Source of the DNA: Vicugna vicugna
Lineage: Eukaryota
Assembly (NCBI GenBank): GCA_013265495.1
Contig: MU058444.1
Coordinates: forward strand, 2,356,001-2,420,000
Length of the DNA stretch: 64,000 nt
Direction of reading: 5' to 3'
The notes beneath the pieces are model-generated. The model did no database searches. It was given only the letters and a program-made list of their open reading frames with translations, and was not told the origin of the DNA. Position numbers and translations under genes: made by a program. Positions 24,648 through 36,695 of the stretch are shown here, piece after piece. Within the stretch, counting starts at the first letter, position 1. Every line of letters starts with the position of its first letter.

Positions 24648-27600
24648 GTAGGGTAGAAATTGCATCTACTTACATAAAACTATGACAAAGACATATTAGT
24701 GGATGCTGGAAGGCACGACCCAAAACCCCTACCTTCCTGAGCCAGCTACCAGGACTGCTGGCAGCCCCAGGCTTTTAGCTCATCCCCTTGCCTGAGAGCT
24801 CCCTGTGGGCAGAGCATCACGCTGCCTCCCCCAGGGCCCATGCTGGTCAGCAGAAATGCAGGTGGGGGTGGGGGAGTGTGCTTGCCTCTATTAGAAATGA
24901 CTTATGCATCACAATTCAACTCCTCCTGCTGCCGGATCCTGCATCCCTTGCTCCCTTTACGTGCTCCCTCCCCAGAGCACCCTCCCTCTCCCCAGAATCT
25001 CCATCAGTCTGATTTCTCAAACAGTGCCCTCTACAACCGATGCGCCACAAACAGCCCATGACAGCAAAGAATCAGCCATCAAGAGCTTCCAGGGGATGGC
25101 AAATCCACTGGGACAAAAAATGACAGTCACAGCCAAACACTGGGCGGTGCCCACATCAAACACAGAAGCAGCAGGCGTCTGGGAAGAGAGGGGGGCACAG
25201 ACAGAGTCCTAGAGGGAAGGTGCGGACGGGGACGCCGGGAAGGCTGCCTGTGAAACAGGACAGCATCAGCGTAATCAGAGCTCAGCCAGAGGGCTGGGCA
25301 CAGACATGCGCAATGACAGGCTCTATAAATAGCAAAGCCGCCAGCAAATCTCAGCCCAGCCTTCATAATTGCAGACCTGGGGGTCTCAGATGATGCTGTG
25401 CATGTGAGTGCCGTCTGTCTGCAGACTGAGCCGCCCACTCACACAGTAGCCAGGACCCTGTCTGCAAAATAAAAGAGGCACAGTTTAAAACACCAATACA
25501 CCAGGGATAACATCCTTTTCAAGATAAGAAGCCAGATAATATAAAATAAGGAAGCATGTTTCATAGAGTGCTTACAACCTCCCAGCTGCTCAGACGCCAA
25601 ACAGCACCCAAACAGCACGATTACTGCCGTGTTGGCCAGTCACACAGACCAGTCGCAGGAAGGCAGGCAGCACAAAGGGATGTGACTTGAAAAAGGGCTC
25701 AGGGAGGGAAAGAGGGGGAGATGGGTGAGGCGGTGCAGCCCCGAGTGTGCAGGAGAAAACGGAGGTGGGGAAGGAAAGATGGAAAACAGGAAAGGGGGGG
25801 TGGAATCCAGCATGTGCTAATTTGCAGCAAGTCACAGCAAAGTCCTAACAAGTGGACAAGTGGTCATTGTGTCTTTGCAAGGGGCCTCCTTAGTCTCTTC
25901 CAAATCGGTTACAAAATCAGCATCTTTAAGAGACTAACGTCAGTCTATCAGACAGTGCATCAGAGACAGCTCAGGACACAGAAGAGGGCGGTGGGCTACG
26001 ACCAAGAGGACAAAAGAGAAGACCCAGACCAGACGGAGAAGCAAACTGAACAGCAAACACCTGTGCGCAGGAAGAGAGCTGGCTAAATTCATCCTATCAA
26101 CAGCATCCCCAGCAAGCTAGTCTCGAGGAAGAGCTCAGTCTTAAGGTCCAACTTCATCACAGTAAGATAGTGTCTCTATGAGACATTCTGGAATTGAGGC
26201 TGATGGCTATCATGACTCAGGACAACTCGGGCACGAGACAGAGGGGGCCACACCAGTTCCGGCGGCAGGCAGGTGATGGGGAGGCCGGCCAGGCCTGCCG
26301 AGGGTCAGGAGCCTGTTCAGCAAGAGCCCATGGGAGACTGCCAAAGCCGTGGGAGACCGCAGCCGGCGTGCAGGGGTGCAGGGCACCGGGTGATTAGTGC
26401 TGGCAGAGCGGGACCTGGGTGGCCGTGAGGGGTAAAGGATCCACGGTCCCCGGGGTGTCCTCACCATTGCCCACTTCCCTCCCAGTCTGAGCTCTGGAAC
26501 TTCCCAGGGTCTAGCAGCTCCTGACGCATCAGTGCCCACCTTCTACTGGTTCTTAAATCTTCTGACCATCATCCCTGCCAACGTATAAAGTTAACAAAAG
26601 CTGGTCAGGCTTTGGGGCTGGGGTTCAGGGCAGGATTTCAAGTCCCAAAGGTGAGCCCCAGCACGCACACAGGCACATGGGGTCATCATTTACCAAGCCC
26701 CAGGCCAGGGGTCAGGGTGCAAGCTTGTCAAAGTTCACCATCAAGCCCCAAGCACTTCCCTGGGAAACAAACCTAAGAATTCGAGGGGCAGAAGCTTCCA
26801 GCACACGGGGTTATGACTGGAAATGTCTCAGAAGCACGGACAGCCCTACTGGGGACCCACGGAGCAGGAAGGACTGACCATTCCCGCCCACCATCTGAAG
26901 GCTGAATCTTTGCCCCCAAGAAACTCACTGAATGTGTACTTGGTCCAAGTTCAAGTCTTGAATGCTTTTCTGGCACTATGGTCCCTTCTCCAAGTCTTAC
27001 TCTAAAGACATGTTTATCAGCAAGAAGGAAAAAAAAATGTTTTCACGACCTAATACCTTCTGATCATTTCTATTCAGTAAAGAGAGAGAAAAACAAAACC
27101 AGCCAATCAGAGACTGAGATGTGAGGCTGGTCCAGGCAGGGGGGCAGCTACAGCCTTACTTCCTATTCATTTCTGCTGCCTTTGATGTATTTATCACAGG
27201 CACATCAGCAAAATCTCTGCATGAGAAGTCACCTTGGACCGGTTCTTTTTCCTGAGATGATGACACTGAACAGCATCTACGAGCTTTAAACAGATTTGGT
27301 TACCCTCCCCTGCAGGTATCTGGGCAAGCGCTTTGAACTTTTTAACCCAGATCATATGATCCTGTTGACCCTCTCAGCAGACTGATTTAAGTGCTGTTTA
27401 TTTTGGCGTGGCTTTTTTTTTTTAACAGCATTTATCACAGTTTGACTCTTTTAAAATGTATCCGTGGCTATGAGGGCAGCAACGAGGTTCTTTTTCCTGG
27501 GTACCCTTCATTGTTCCCACTTGCACACCTGTTCACAGTTCCCATTCAGTTTGGGGTTTGATTTTTTTTCTTTTTTAAAGACTATTTGTCTAGACATTTC

Positions 27601-27862
27601 AGGGGAAAAAAATTAGAAACTTAACCCTCCAAAAAGAATACACCATGCTCTTTTTAAAGCATATAAATAAATGTCCCTTGAAACACATTCTTCTAAGAGT
27701 AATACCTGGAAAATGAGTCAACAGCACCCTGATTTTTTTTTCTGATGCTTATACAGGTATTTACAGATCAGTAATTTTTAACAAAAATGGATCTTGTTAC
27801 ACATATTGCGCTGCACTTTGCTCTTTTTAACAGTAATGTAGATAGCATTTCAGATGCACATT

Positions 27863-28030
27863 CTTTTTTCTTCATTGAAGTGTAGTCAGTTACAATGTGT
27901 CCATTTCTGCTGTACAGCACAATGTCCCAGTCATGCATATACACACGTATTCATTTTCATATTTTTTTCATTAAAGGTTATTACAAGATATTGAACACAG
28001 TTCCCTGTGCTGTACAGTAGAAACTTTCTT
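27863..28030 (-). mobile_element. L1 3'UTR fragment
   Basis: ttgaagtgtagtcagttacaatgtgtc..gttccctgtgctgtacagtag. Confidence 0.8.
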
Positions 28031-28149
28031 TTTTTCAATGTGGTTGTTTATTTTAAAACAGAAACATAAAAATTTTTATAAAAACAAGAGGAATATACTC
28101 TATACTACATTACAATGAGATGACAGGCATAGTAAAATGCACGCCAATC

Positions 28150-28540
28150 ACTGTAACAAATAAATCCAAAAACACAGTAATTTGAACAAGACAGAAATTC
28201 ATCTTCCTCGTGGCTAGTTTTTGTGGTTGACAGGTGGCTCTGACCCGTGAGGTCATCAAGGACCACAATCCAACTCCATCACTGCTCTGCCTTCCCTGCA
28301 GGTACTCCTGGTCCACAGGGTTGAACCTGGCTAACCACCGCCACAATTCCTCTCCAGAGTGGAGGAAAGAAAGGGACTACAGGATCAAGCAGCTCCCTCC
28401 TACGGACTTGACCTAGAACGAGCCTACGTCACTTCCGCTTACCTCCAACTGGCCAGGACTTAACAATTCACTGCAGGAGAGGCTGAGAAATGGAGGCTCT
28501 AGCTGCTTCACCATATGCCCAGTTACAACAAGGGCATTTA
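28150..28540. mobile_element. Old MaLR LTR (MLT1-like)
   Basis: aacaagacagaaattcatcttc..gtcacttccgcttacctcc..ggaga ggctgagaaat pattern. Confidence 0.5.
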
Positions 28541-28569
28541 TACTACAAAACTAAGGGAAGAATGAATTG

Positions 28570-29260
28570 TGGGGAAATTTCATCATCATTACTATAAAAA
28601 TGGGTAAAAGTTTTGCGCCAGAGTTTTATTGATTATCTTTAAAGGCACGTAAAAGTTACCAAGTTATACAGTAAATTCTGCTATTTCATATTATAGAAAG
28701 ACAAGAATTCCAAAACTGCCTTCAGTGATGATAAGAGGCCACGAGTAGCAGATATTTTCAGGCAAATCAAACAAATAAAGGTGATGTTTCAATATTAAAT
28801 AAAAAAGTAACTGCTCTTTTAAATTTGTGGTACAGAAAGAGCATTTTGAAAACGGATTTTTGGATATTTTTTATTAACACATGACTTTGTTCCCCTAAAA
28901 AAAGTAAGTTTATTATCTAGAAAATTTGTAATTTTACATATTTTAAAACCTGAAAACACAGTTCTTCAACTGTACAACCACCCGAATGCTTTTCAATGAG
29001 TTTTGGCATCTTTTGTTAAAAATATAAAAACCAACTGACCTTGGGAAAAAAATGAAAATTTACTAGTAAATTTTATTTTTAAATAATTTTGCATAATCAA
29101 TGGAGGAAACTGAAAAATAAATGTCATAATTAGCCAGGACAGTTACCAGCACATGTTCTCCATTCAAATCTATTTTTTGTTATCTTTTTCAACTACAACA
29201 ATGGCTAAAACCAAACATTAACATAAATGGAGCTTAAAATAACTGACATTTGAATTACAT
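28570..29260. mobile_element. Possible degenerate hAT-Charlie transposase remnant
   Basis: AT-rich text resembling recalled Charlie internal sequence; no intact ORF. Confidence 0.35.
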
Positions 29261-29274
29261 TAGTAATTCAAAGA

Positions 29275-29412
29275 TTTTTTTGTTTGTTTTTGTTTGTTTT
29301 TGTGGAGGAGGTAATTAAGTTTATTCATTTTCAGAGAAGGTATCAGGGATTGAGCCCAGGTCCTTGTGCATGCTAAGTATGTGCTCTACCAATCGAGCTA
29401 CACCCTTCGCCT
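29275..29412 (-). mobile_element. tRNA-derived SINE (Vic-1-like)
   Basis: Family motifs in reverse complement. Confidence 0.8.
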
Positions 29413-30767
29413 CTAAATAACTTCTCATTACAGTAAAAACAAATCAAGGTGGGTTCAATGAGAGGCTCTGTCCTTTCACGATGGGAAGAGGCTGGCCCCA
29501 CTCACCCCTTTGTGGTGAGAACACCTCCCACAGAAAAGGGGACATCACACTTCCATGAGCATCGTGGGAGAGTTCTCTGTGTGGCCATTTGAGTTTAAAG
29601 AAAAATCCAAAGTACAAATACTTGCTTTAAAAAAAGTTATTTTCCTTAATCCTATGAGGTCAGAGAAGGAGGACCCCGACATTCCGTCTCCTGCCAAACT
29701 TTGAATTGGCTGACATATTTTGGTCTGCTTTTTTTTTTTCCAACCAGGATTGAGGATAATTCACTTGGGCACCCTAATGGCTGGCTAATCTAAAAAGCTT
29801 TCTTAGCCTAGGAATGTGGGGCCACCGGGTCATAAAAATATCCAGTCCAAATAGCACTGAGTAAGAAGGGTGTGACTTTCTCATCCAGACCCTGCAGAGA
29901 CCGCAGAGCCAGCAGTCATGAGTCAGAGCTCACCCTGCGCTTCACAGAGGAGGCAGAAAATGAGAAAAGGGGACAAGCACCACCTTCCCAGGATGCCTGA
30001 TGTGGGGGGAGGGTGCAAAGTCTAGGACAGAGAAATGAGAATAGAGGACGCTTAGGATGTAGACAGACCAAGAAACCACAGAAGAGTTGAGGAATAAAGG
30101 CGATCTGAAGGCCTGGGCATGGCCCGGGTGGGCCCTTGAAGGAGCCTTGGTCCACCCTCCTCTGCAGTTTGGAGCATCAGCGAAAGCCTAGCCTAGCATT
30201 CCAGCACTGCTAGAACTCTCACCGGGGTCCCGGGCACACTGCCTTCAAGGAAAGCAGGCAGCAGCAGTGACGTCCACGCTGCGCGCCCTTGGAGATGCGG
30301 AGGGCACCTGGGCTGGAGAAACCACCTGATGGACTCCCTCGGGCTCTGTCCTGCCCCCGCCCCCGGCTCCCACTCCCCACCAGAAGACAGCAGCGAGCTC
30401 TGGGGGGGGTTGTGGGGGGAGGAGAAGGCAGACATTCTGATTTACAGGTAAGAATTAGCCGTCTTGTATCACAGCTGATACAGTGAAAAGGAAAAACACT
30501 TCTGAATTAAGGTTGTAACATCAGCAAATACATCCTGTCACCATCGAACAATATTCCTTCCCTTTGGAGTGATGCTGAACTCTTTAACAAGACTACTTTT
30601 GATGGTTAATGCAATTCAAGAAGAAGCCGAGGTTAAGCATGCAAGGCTCCTCCAAAACTGTCCCTGCACGATTCAGCCTGACTAAACAGAATTTAATACA
30701 TCGACAAGGAAGAGAAAACTGGCACGTGAAATTTCTACCCAGAAAGCAGAGAACAAAGAACACACAA

Positions 30768-30875
30768 GAGGGAGGATGTAGCTCAGTGGTAGAGTGTGTG
30801 CTTAGTATGCACGAGGTCCTGGGTTCAATCCCCAGTCTCTCCATTAAAATAAATAAATTCAAAAAAAAAAAAAAA
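30768..30875 (+). mobile_element. tRNA-derived SINE (Vic-1-like)
   Basis: Head plus polyA; TSD aaag(a/c)acacacaa. Confidence 0.9.
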
Positions 30876-31697
30876 GCACACACAAATCCCCTGGGATGCA
30901 CTGTGGGCGGTACCATCAGTGGAGCAGTGAGAGAAGGACAGCGATGCTTACATGGCCCTGAATCCTTTCCGTGGCTACGGTGGGTCCCCAAAATTCTAAG
31001 TTCCTCCCTCTGTCATCCAAAGACAGACTGCCAGTTAAAAATTTTCCAGCCACTCAAGACGGGAACACATTCAAGCAAAACATAATCCCGTGTTCTATTT
31101 ATATTTCTATCTGCAGGTGGAGGCACCGTGGAAAGAGCTTCGATTTCCCGCAAACCCCTCAGCATAATCCTCCGTTTCAGGTCAACCCATCTCCCATCAG
31201 ACCTCGTCTCAGCCTCCCTGAGACTCCCTTCCATCCTGCATCTCTCTATCATTTCCGGACGCAGGAAGGCAAAACACAAATTTGCTGATACAAAAGGTGA
31301 ATGATTATAAAGCTGCCAGAGGATTTTAGATTTTCATGCCCCTGAAAACTGTCTTTCTGACTTATCCTGACATACATCTTCCAAGTAAGCAGATTGAAAA
31401 CGTGTGTTGCTGGAAAAGCAACTGGTATGTAAACGTATCAAATATAAATTAAATTCCCTCTGAAGGGAAACAGGACGTTTACTCTCGGTTGCAAGTGCAT
31501 TATTTAACACTCCCTCTCGCATCTTAGCATCAGGCATGTGGTATGAAAGCCCCATTCAGGGTCCATTCATCCATTTGCCATTCATCTTTCTTTTAGTTCG
31601 CTTTTGCTTGGGTTTCATTTATTCAATAATTCAAACTAAGATTTTCTGAGGCCAGCTATGTGCAGCAGTGTACTAAGCCCTGCAACAAAAGAGAAGC

Positions 31698-32469
31698 GGG
31701 GCAGGGTACAGCTCAGTGGTAGAGCAAGTGTTTAGCGTGCACAAGGTCCGAGGTTCGATCCCCAGTACCTCCATTAAAAAATAATAATAAATAAATAAAT
31801 AGTGGTAAGCAGAACTATTTACAATAGCCAAGACACGAAAACAACCTAAATGTCCATCGACAGATGTCTAGATAAATAAGTTGTGGTATATTTATACAAT
31901 GGAATACTACTCAGCCATAAAAAAGAATAAAATCATGCCATTTGCATCAACATGGATGGACCCAGAGATCATCATTCTAAGTGAAGTAAGCAAGAAAAAG
32001 AAAGAAAAATACCATATGACCTCATTTATATGTGGAATCTAAAAAAAGAAAGAAGATATAATGAACTCATCTACAAATAGAGACTCACAGACATGGTAAA
32101 CAATCTTACATTTACGCCGGGGGGAGGGAATGGGAAGGGATTAATTTGAGTTCAAGATTTGCAGATACTAACATTACTTATATAAACTAGATAAACAGCA
32201 AGTTCATACTGTATAGCACGGGGAACTATATTCAATGTCTTGCAGTAACCTATAATGAAAAAGATTTTGAAAACAAATATACATGTATGTATATGTATGA
32301 CTGGGACATGATGCTGTGCACCAGAAACTGATGCACTGTAACTGACTATAATTTTGTTAAAAAGAGAGAAAGAAACATGAGAATCCTACCATTTTTTAAA
32401 AGGAGAAATAAATAAATAAACCTGATTACCTCCCTCCTCACAAATAAAGCTTTTAAAAAAAAAAAAAAA
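31698..32469 (+). mobile_element. tRNA-derived SINE (Vic-1-like) split by an L1 insertion
   Basis: Head 31698-31801, tail about 32406-32469. Confidence 0.85.
31802..32405 (+). mobile_element. L1 3' fragment inserted into the AT-rich middle of a SINE
   Basis: ORF2-end and 3'UTR motifs, flanked by aaataaataaata. SINE head upstream, SINE tail (cctgattacctccc) downstream. Confidence 0.85.
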
Positions 32470-33289
32470 GGACACAGAACACGGCCTGGGGGCACCCAGT
32501 CCAGAGGGAACTCAGGCGTGAAGCAAGGGCTGCCATGAAGGTAACAGGAAGTGTGCTCGGGAGACAGTGCAGGGCAACTGGGGAGGTGGTCAGTTCACGG
32601 GGGAGGGAACCACTGCCTGAGAGGCCAGGGTCACGGCTTCAAAAATGAGTCAAGGGCAAGGAGAGGCCTGTTGGTCAGAGAGAGGATGAAAATAAATGAT
32701 GAGCTAAGAGGTGAGAGCTGAGATGAGAACTCGGCAAGGTGTTATTCCACCTTTTCCTTCACTGACTCTGAGGTAGCGAGGTGATGACCCTGATGGTTTT
32801 TTTAAAGAAGACTGGAGACCATCCCCCTCAAGGTTCCCAAGTGGAAATCTTATTAACTGAGTTCACGGGAGGATGCACTCTCCCCAGCCTGGTGCATTCA
32901 TGCCTCAGCTCAGACAGAGCGTATCTGGAGAATTTAAAGAAGACAGAGGGGACACATCACATAAAATACTAGGACCCAAGACTCAGTCATGACCGCATCC
33001 ATGATTCCGCTATTAAAATGCAAGCTCATCCATGCAAAGTCACATCTCAAAAACTGTATCAGTTTAGAAGTAAACCTAAGCAGACACTGGCTTCAGAATA
33101 GGATGGACAAGAGGAGCAAGTGAGAGAGAGAATTAGAGACATGAGTATAGCAATGATGGGGTTAAAAGGGTACCCGAGACACACTGCCGATTTCACAGCC
33201 TGGTTTGGACCAGCCCTGGTACCCACAAAAGCTTTTCTCAACTGGCCCAGCTAATGCAGCATCAAACATCATTTTTTTTTGCTTAGGTC

Positions 33290-35300
33290 ATTGGACTGAT
33301 TCATATAATCAAATAGATCTCCCAATATATGATACCAAACGAACACCAATCCCAGAGAGTCTCATAAAGGTATAGCACCAAACTGTAGGAAACAAAATAA
33401 AATAAGTCAACAGACACTGGGAAAGGTTAATGTTAAGTGCTATTTGAACCATTCTGGAGCTGAGAAAAACATGGGAAAATTCAAATTTGTATAAAGCAAG
33501 TAACAGCACTGAAATAAAAACCTGACACAGATTAACCCAAAAAAGAAAACTTCAGACCAATCTCATATGGAACTATTAGTGCAAAATTCCTAGTGAAAAT
33601 GCCAGCAAGTAGAATCAGCAGCCTATCAGAAGAACACACCATGATGAAGTGGAATTTATTCCAGTAATTCAAGAAGAGTCCAGTGTTAGAAAATCCATTA
33701 TGATATTTCATGGGTCTAAAGAAGGAAAAAACGCACAGTCATACCCACTGGCACAGAACAAGCATTGGGGGAAAAATTTCAAAAGCAATTGATAAAGAAC
33801 AGTAGGTAAAATAGAAACAGAGGAGTCATCAGGCTGGGAACTGTCAGGAAAGCAGGAAGTGTTCCAACAGAGGGGATTTAATATAGGGAATTGGTGGAAC
33901 AGATGCTGGAGGCCTGGAACAGAAAAAGAAGGTCACCTAGCGATAATAAATGCAGGAACCCGTTCCCACCCGTAGAGTTAGGGGAGAGGAAGAGATTAGG
34001 TCACAAGAACGTGGGAGCTCAGAGGAGAGGCCCCACAAAGCTGGGGCTCAGGGCCGAGACAAGCGCACACTGCTCAGGTGCTGTCAGTCCCCAGGAGAGC
34101 AGAGTGGGGATCACACCTCTGGGGAGGGAGGGGGTACCTCGGAGGGGGAGTGGTGAGCAAAAAAGCTACAGTCTGTGGTGAGAGCCTCTCCTGGGGCCCC
34201 TCTGACAAGAACGGAAGGGACAGGACATGCTCCTGCCCCCTACGGCCCGCCAGGCTCCCTGGAGCGCCCCCTAGTGACAGATCCCAGCAGGAGCAGCTGT
34301 CAAGCATCTGGGAAATGCAGTCTGCAGAGTCCGGGCTCCACACCCCAGCACAGTATTCCAGGGCAACCAAGGGTAAACGACCAGTCCAGAGGGATGCTTC
34401 TGAAGCGTAATAAAATGCATTTATCTCATCCCAAAACCAGCTTACGCTTCACAGAGAAACATCAAAAACATTCTCTGGAAGTCGGAAACAGGAAAAGGAT
34501 ACCTTCTCATCGCTGCTATTTACCACTCGGCTGGAGGTCCTCTTCAATACAAGCGCACGAATGAAATGAACAAGAAATCTAAACGCTGGAGAGGAGGACG
34601 TACAATAATCTCTACTCTCAGATGATATGTGTTGTACACCTGGCAAATCCAAAGAGGCTCCCCTGAGAAGTACCACAAACAATAAAATAATCAAGTAGGT
34701 GAGAAGACTACGAGAGTAAGATAATGCAACCAATGGTTTTCATGCACAGAACAGAAGACATCATGGAAAAGAGAGAAATGTAAATCACTTTTAATCACGA
34801 CCAAAAAGATAAAATGCTAGAAATCATCTGAACCCCAAAATGTGGAAGAACTGCATGCAAAACACTCTTCCACCAAAGGAGAGTTGAACTAATAGACAGA
34901 CACATCAATTTTTTAGACAGGAAAACTCAAAATGAGAAAGAGTCAATTCTCCTTTAACAAAATTCACATTTAACATGGTCTCAAGTAAAAATACTAATTT
35001 TTTTCTTAGCATTAGACAATCTGAAAGAAATTTTAAATAATAGCAAAGCAAAGGTGTATTTCAGTAAGAAGAAAACAACACGTTATGAAGCCTCAATAAT
35101 GAAAACAAACCATTATGGAGGGCCATAGGATAAAACTTATCAAAATGAAAACATACAGACTTTTGACCCATAATTGTTCTGAGTTCACCCCACAGATAAC
35201 ATTTGCACACATGAGAAATGGCTAGGTTTTACATTTAAGCACTGTTTACAATAACAAAAGATCAGACTATTCCCAAACATCATTAATAGAATGGTTAATT
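33290..35300 (+). mobile_element. Ancient degenerate L1 (L1M-type) ORF2 fragments, interrupted by an old LTR-like element at about 33830-34390
   Basis: Remnants such as aaagaaaacttcagaccaatctc, catgatgaagtggaatttattccag and cagatgatatg. Confidence 0.65.
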
Positions 35301-35310
35301 AAATTATAGG

Positions 35311-36695
35311 TACGAGTTTGTTTTCTATGTCTGCTAGTGAGAACGGGTAAATTGGGAGTTCAAGATTTGCAGATATTTCTGCAGAGCAAAGGAAACCAGA
35401 AATAAAACAAGAAGAAAACCTACGGAATGGGAGAAAATTTTTGCAAGTGAAACCGACAAAGGCTTGATCTCCAAAATATATAAGCAGCTCATACGACTCA
35501 ATAAGAAAAAAATAAACAACCCAATCCAAAAATGGGCAGAAGACCTAAACAAGCAACTCTCCAAGGAAGACATACAAATGATCAAAAAGCACATGAAAAA
35601 ATGTTCAATATCACTAATTATCAGAGAAATGCAAATCAAAACTACAATGAGGTATCACCTCACACCAGTCAGAATGGCCGTCATTCAAAAATCCAAAAAT
35701 GACAAATGCTGGAGAGGCTGTGGAGAAAGGGGAACCCTCCTACACTGCTGGTGGGAATGCAGTTTGGTGCAGCCACTATGGAAAACAGTGTGGAGATTCC
35801 TCAAAAGACTAGGAATAGACTTACCATATGACCCAGGAATCCCACTCCTGGGCTTGTACCCAGAAGGAAATCTACTTCAGGATGACACCTGCACTCCAAT
35901 GTTCATAGCAGCACTATTTACAATAGCCAAAACATGGAAAGAGCCTAAATGTCCATCAACAGATGACTGGATAAAGAAGATGTGGTATATTTATACAATG
36001 GAATACTACTCAGCCATAAAAACCAACAATATAACGCCATTTGCAGCAACATGGATGCTCCTAGAGAATGTCATTCTAAGTGAAGTAAGCCAGAAAGAGA
36101 AAGAAAAATACCATATGAGATCGCTCATATGTGGAATCTAAAAAACAAAAACAAACAAAAACAAAGCATAAATACAGGACAGAAACAGACTCATGGACAG
36201 AGAATACAGACTTGTGGTTACGGGGGGGGTAGAGGGTGGGAAGGGATAGACTGGGATTTCAAAATTATAGAATAGATAAACAAGATTACACTGTATAGCA
36301 CAGGGAAATATACACAAAATGTTATGATAAATCACAGAGGAAAAAAATGTGACAATGAGGGTGTATATGTCCATGAATGACTGAAAAATTGTGCTGAACA
36401 TGCTGAACACTGGAATTTGACACAACACTGTAAAATGATTATGAGTCAATAAAAAATGTAAAAAAAAAAAAGATTTGCAGATACTAGCTACTATATACAA
36501 CATAGATAAACAAGTTTATACTGTAGCATACAGGGAACTATATTCAATATCTTGTTATAATGAACAAGAATCTGAAAAGGAATCTATATATGTACATGTA
36601 TGACTGAAACATGATGCTGTACACCAGAGACTGACACATTGTAAACTGACTATACTTCAATTTTAAAAAAATAAATTTAAAAAAGAGGAAAAAAT
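35311..36695 (+). mobile_element. Older L1 3'-end fragment hosting the young L1, with a short inverted 5' piece
   Basis: aattgggagttcaagatttgcagata..ctatacttcaa continues across the insertion. About 35312-35335 (gtttgttttctatgtctg) is the reverse complement of L1 3'UTR. Confidence 0.75.
35376..36469 (+). mobile_element. Young 5'-truncated L1 with stop-free ORF2 C-terminus
   Basis: Open frame 35377-36141 including the cysteine-rich motif [24 protein letters not shown] and polyA tail; 14-bp TSD aagatttgcagata at 35362-35375 and 36470-36483. Confidence 0.95.

Noticed and set aside
25127..25438. DAVL motif resembling DST exon 2
   Set aside because: Coincidental; the real exon with proper splice sites is at 59526-59560.
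35464..36141. 225-aa ORF as a host gene
   Set aside because: L1 ORF2 C-terminus in a 5'-truncated insertion with no promoter.
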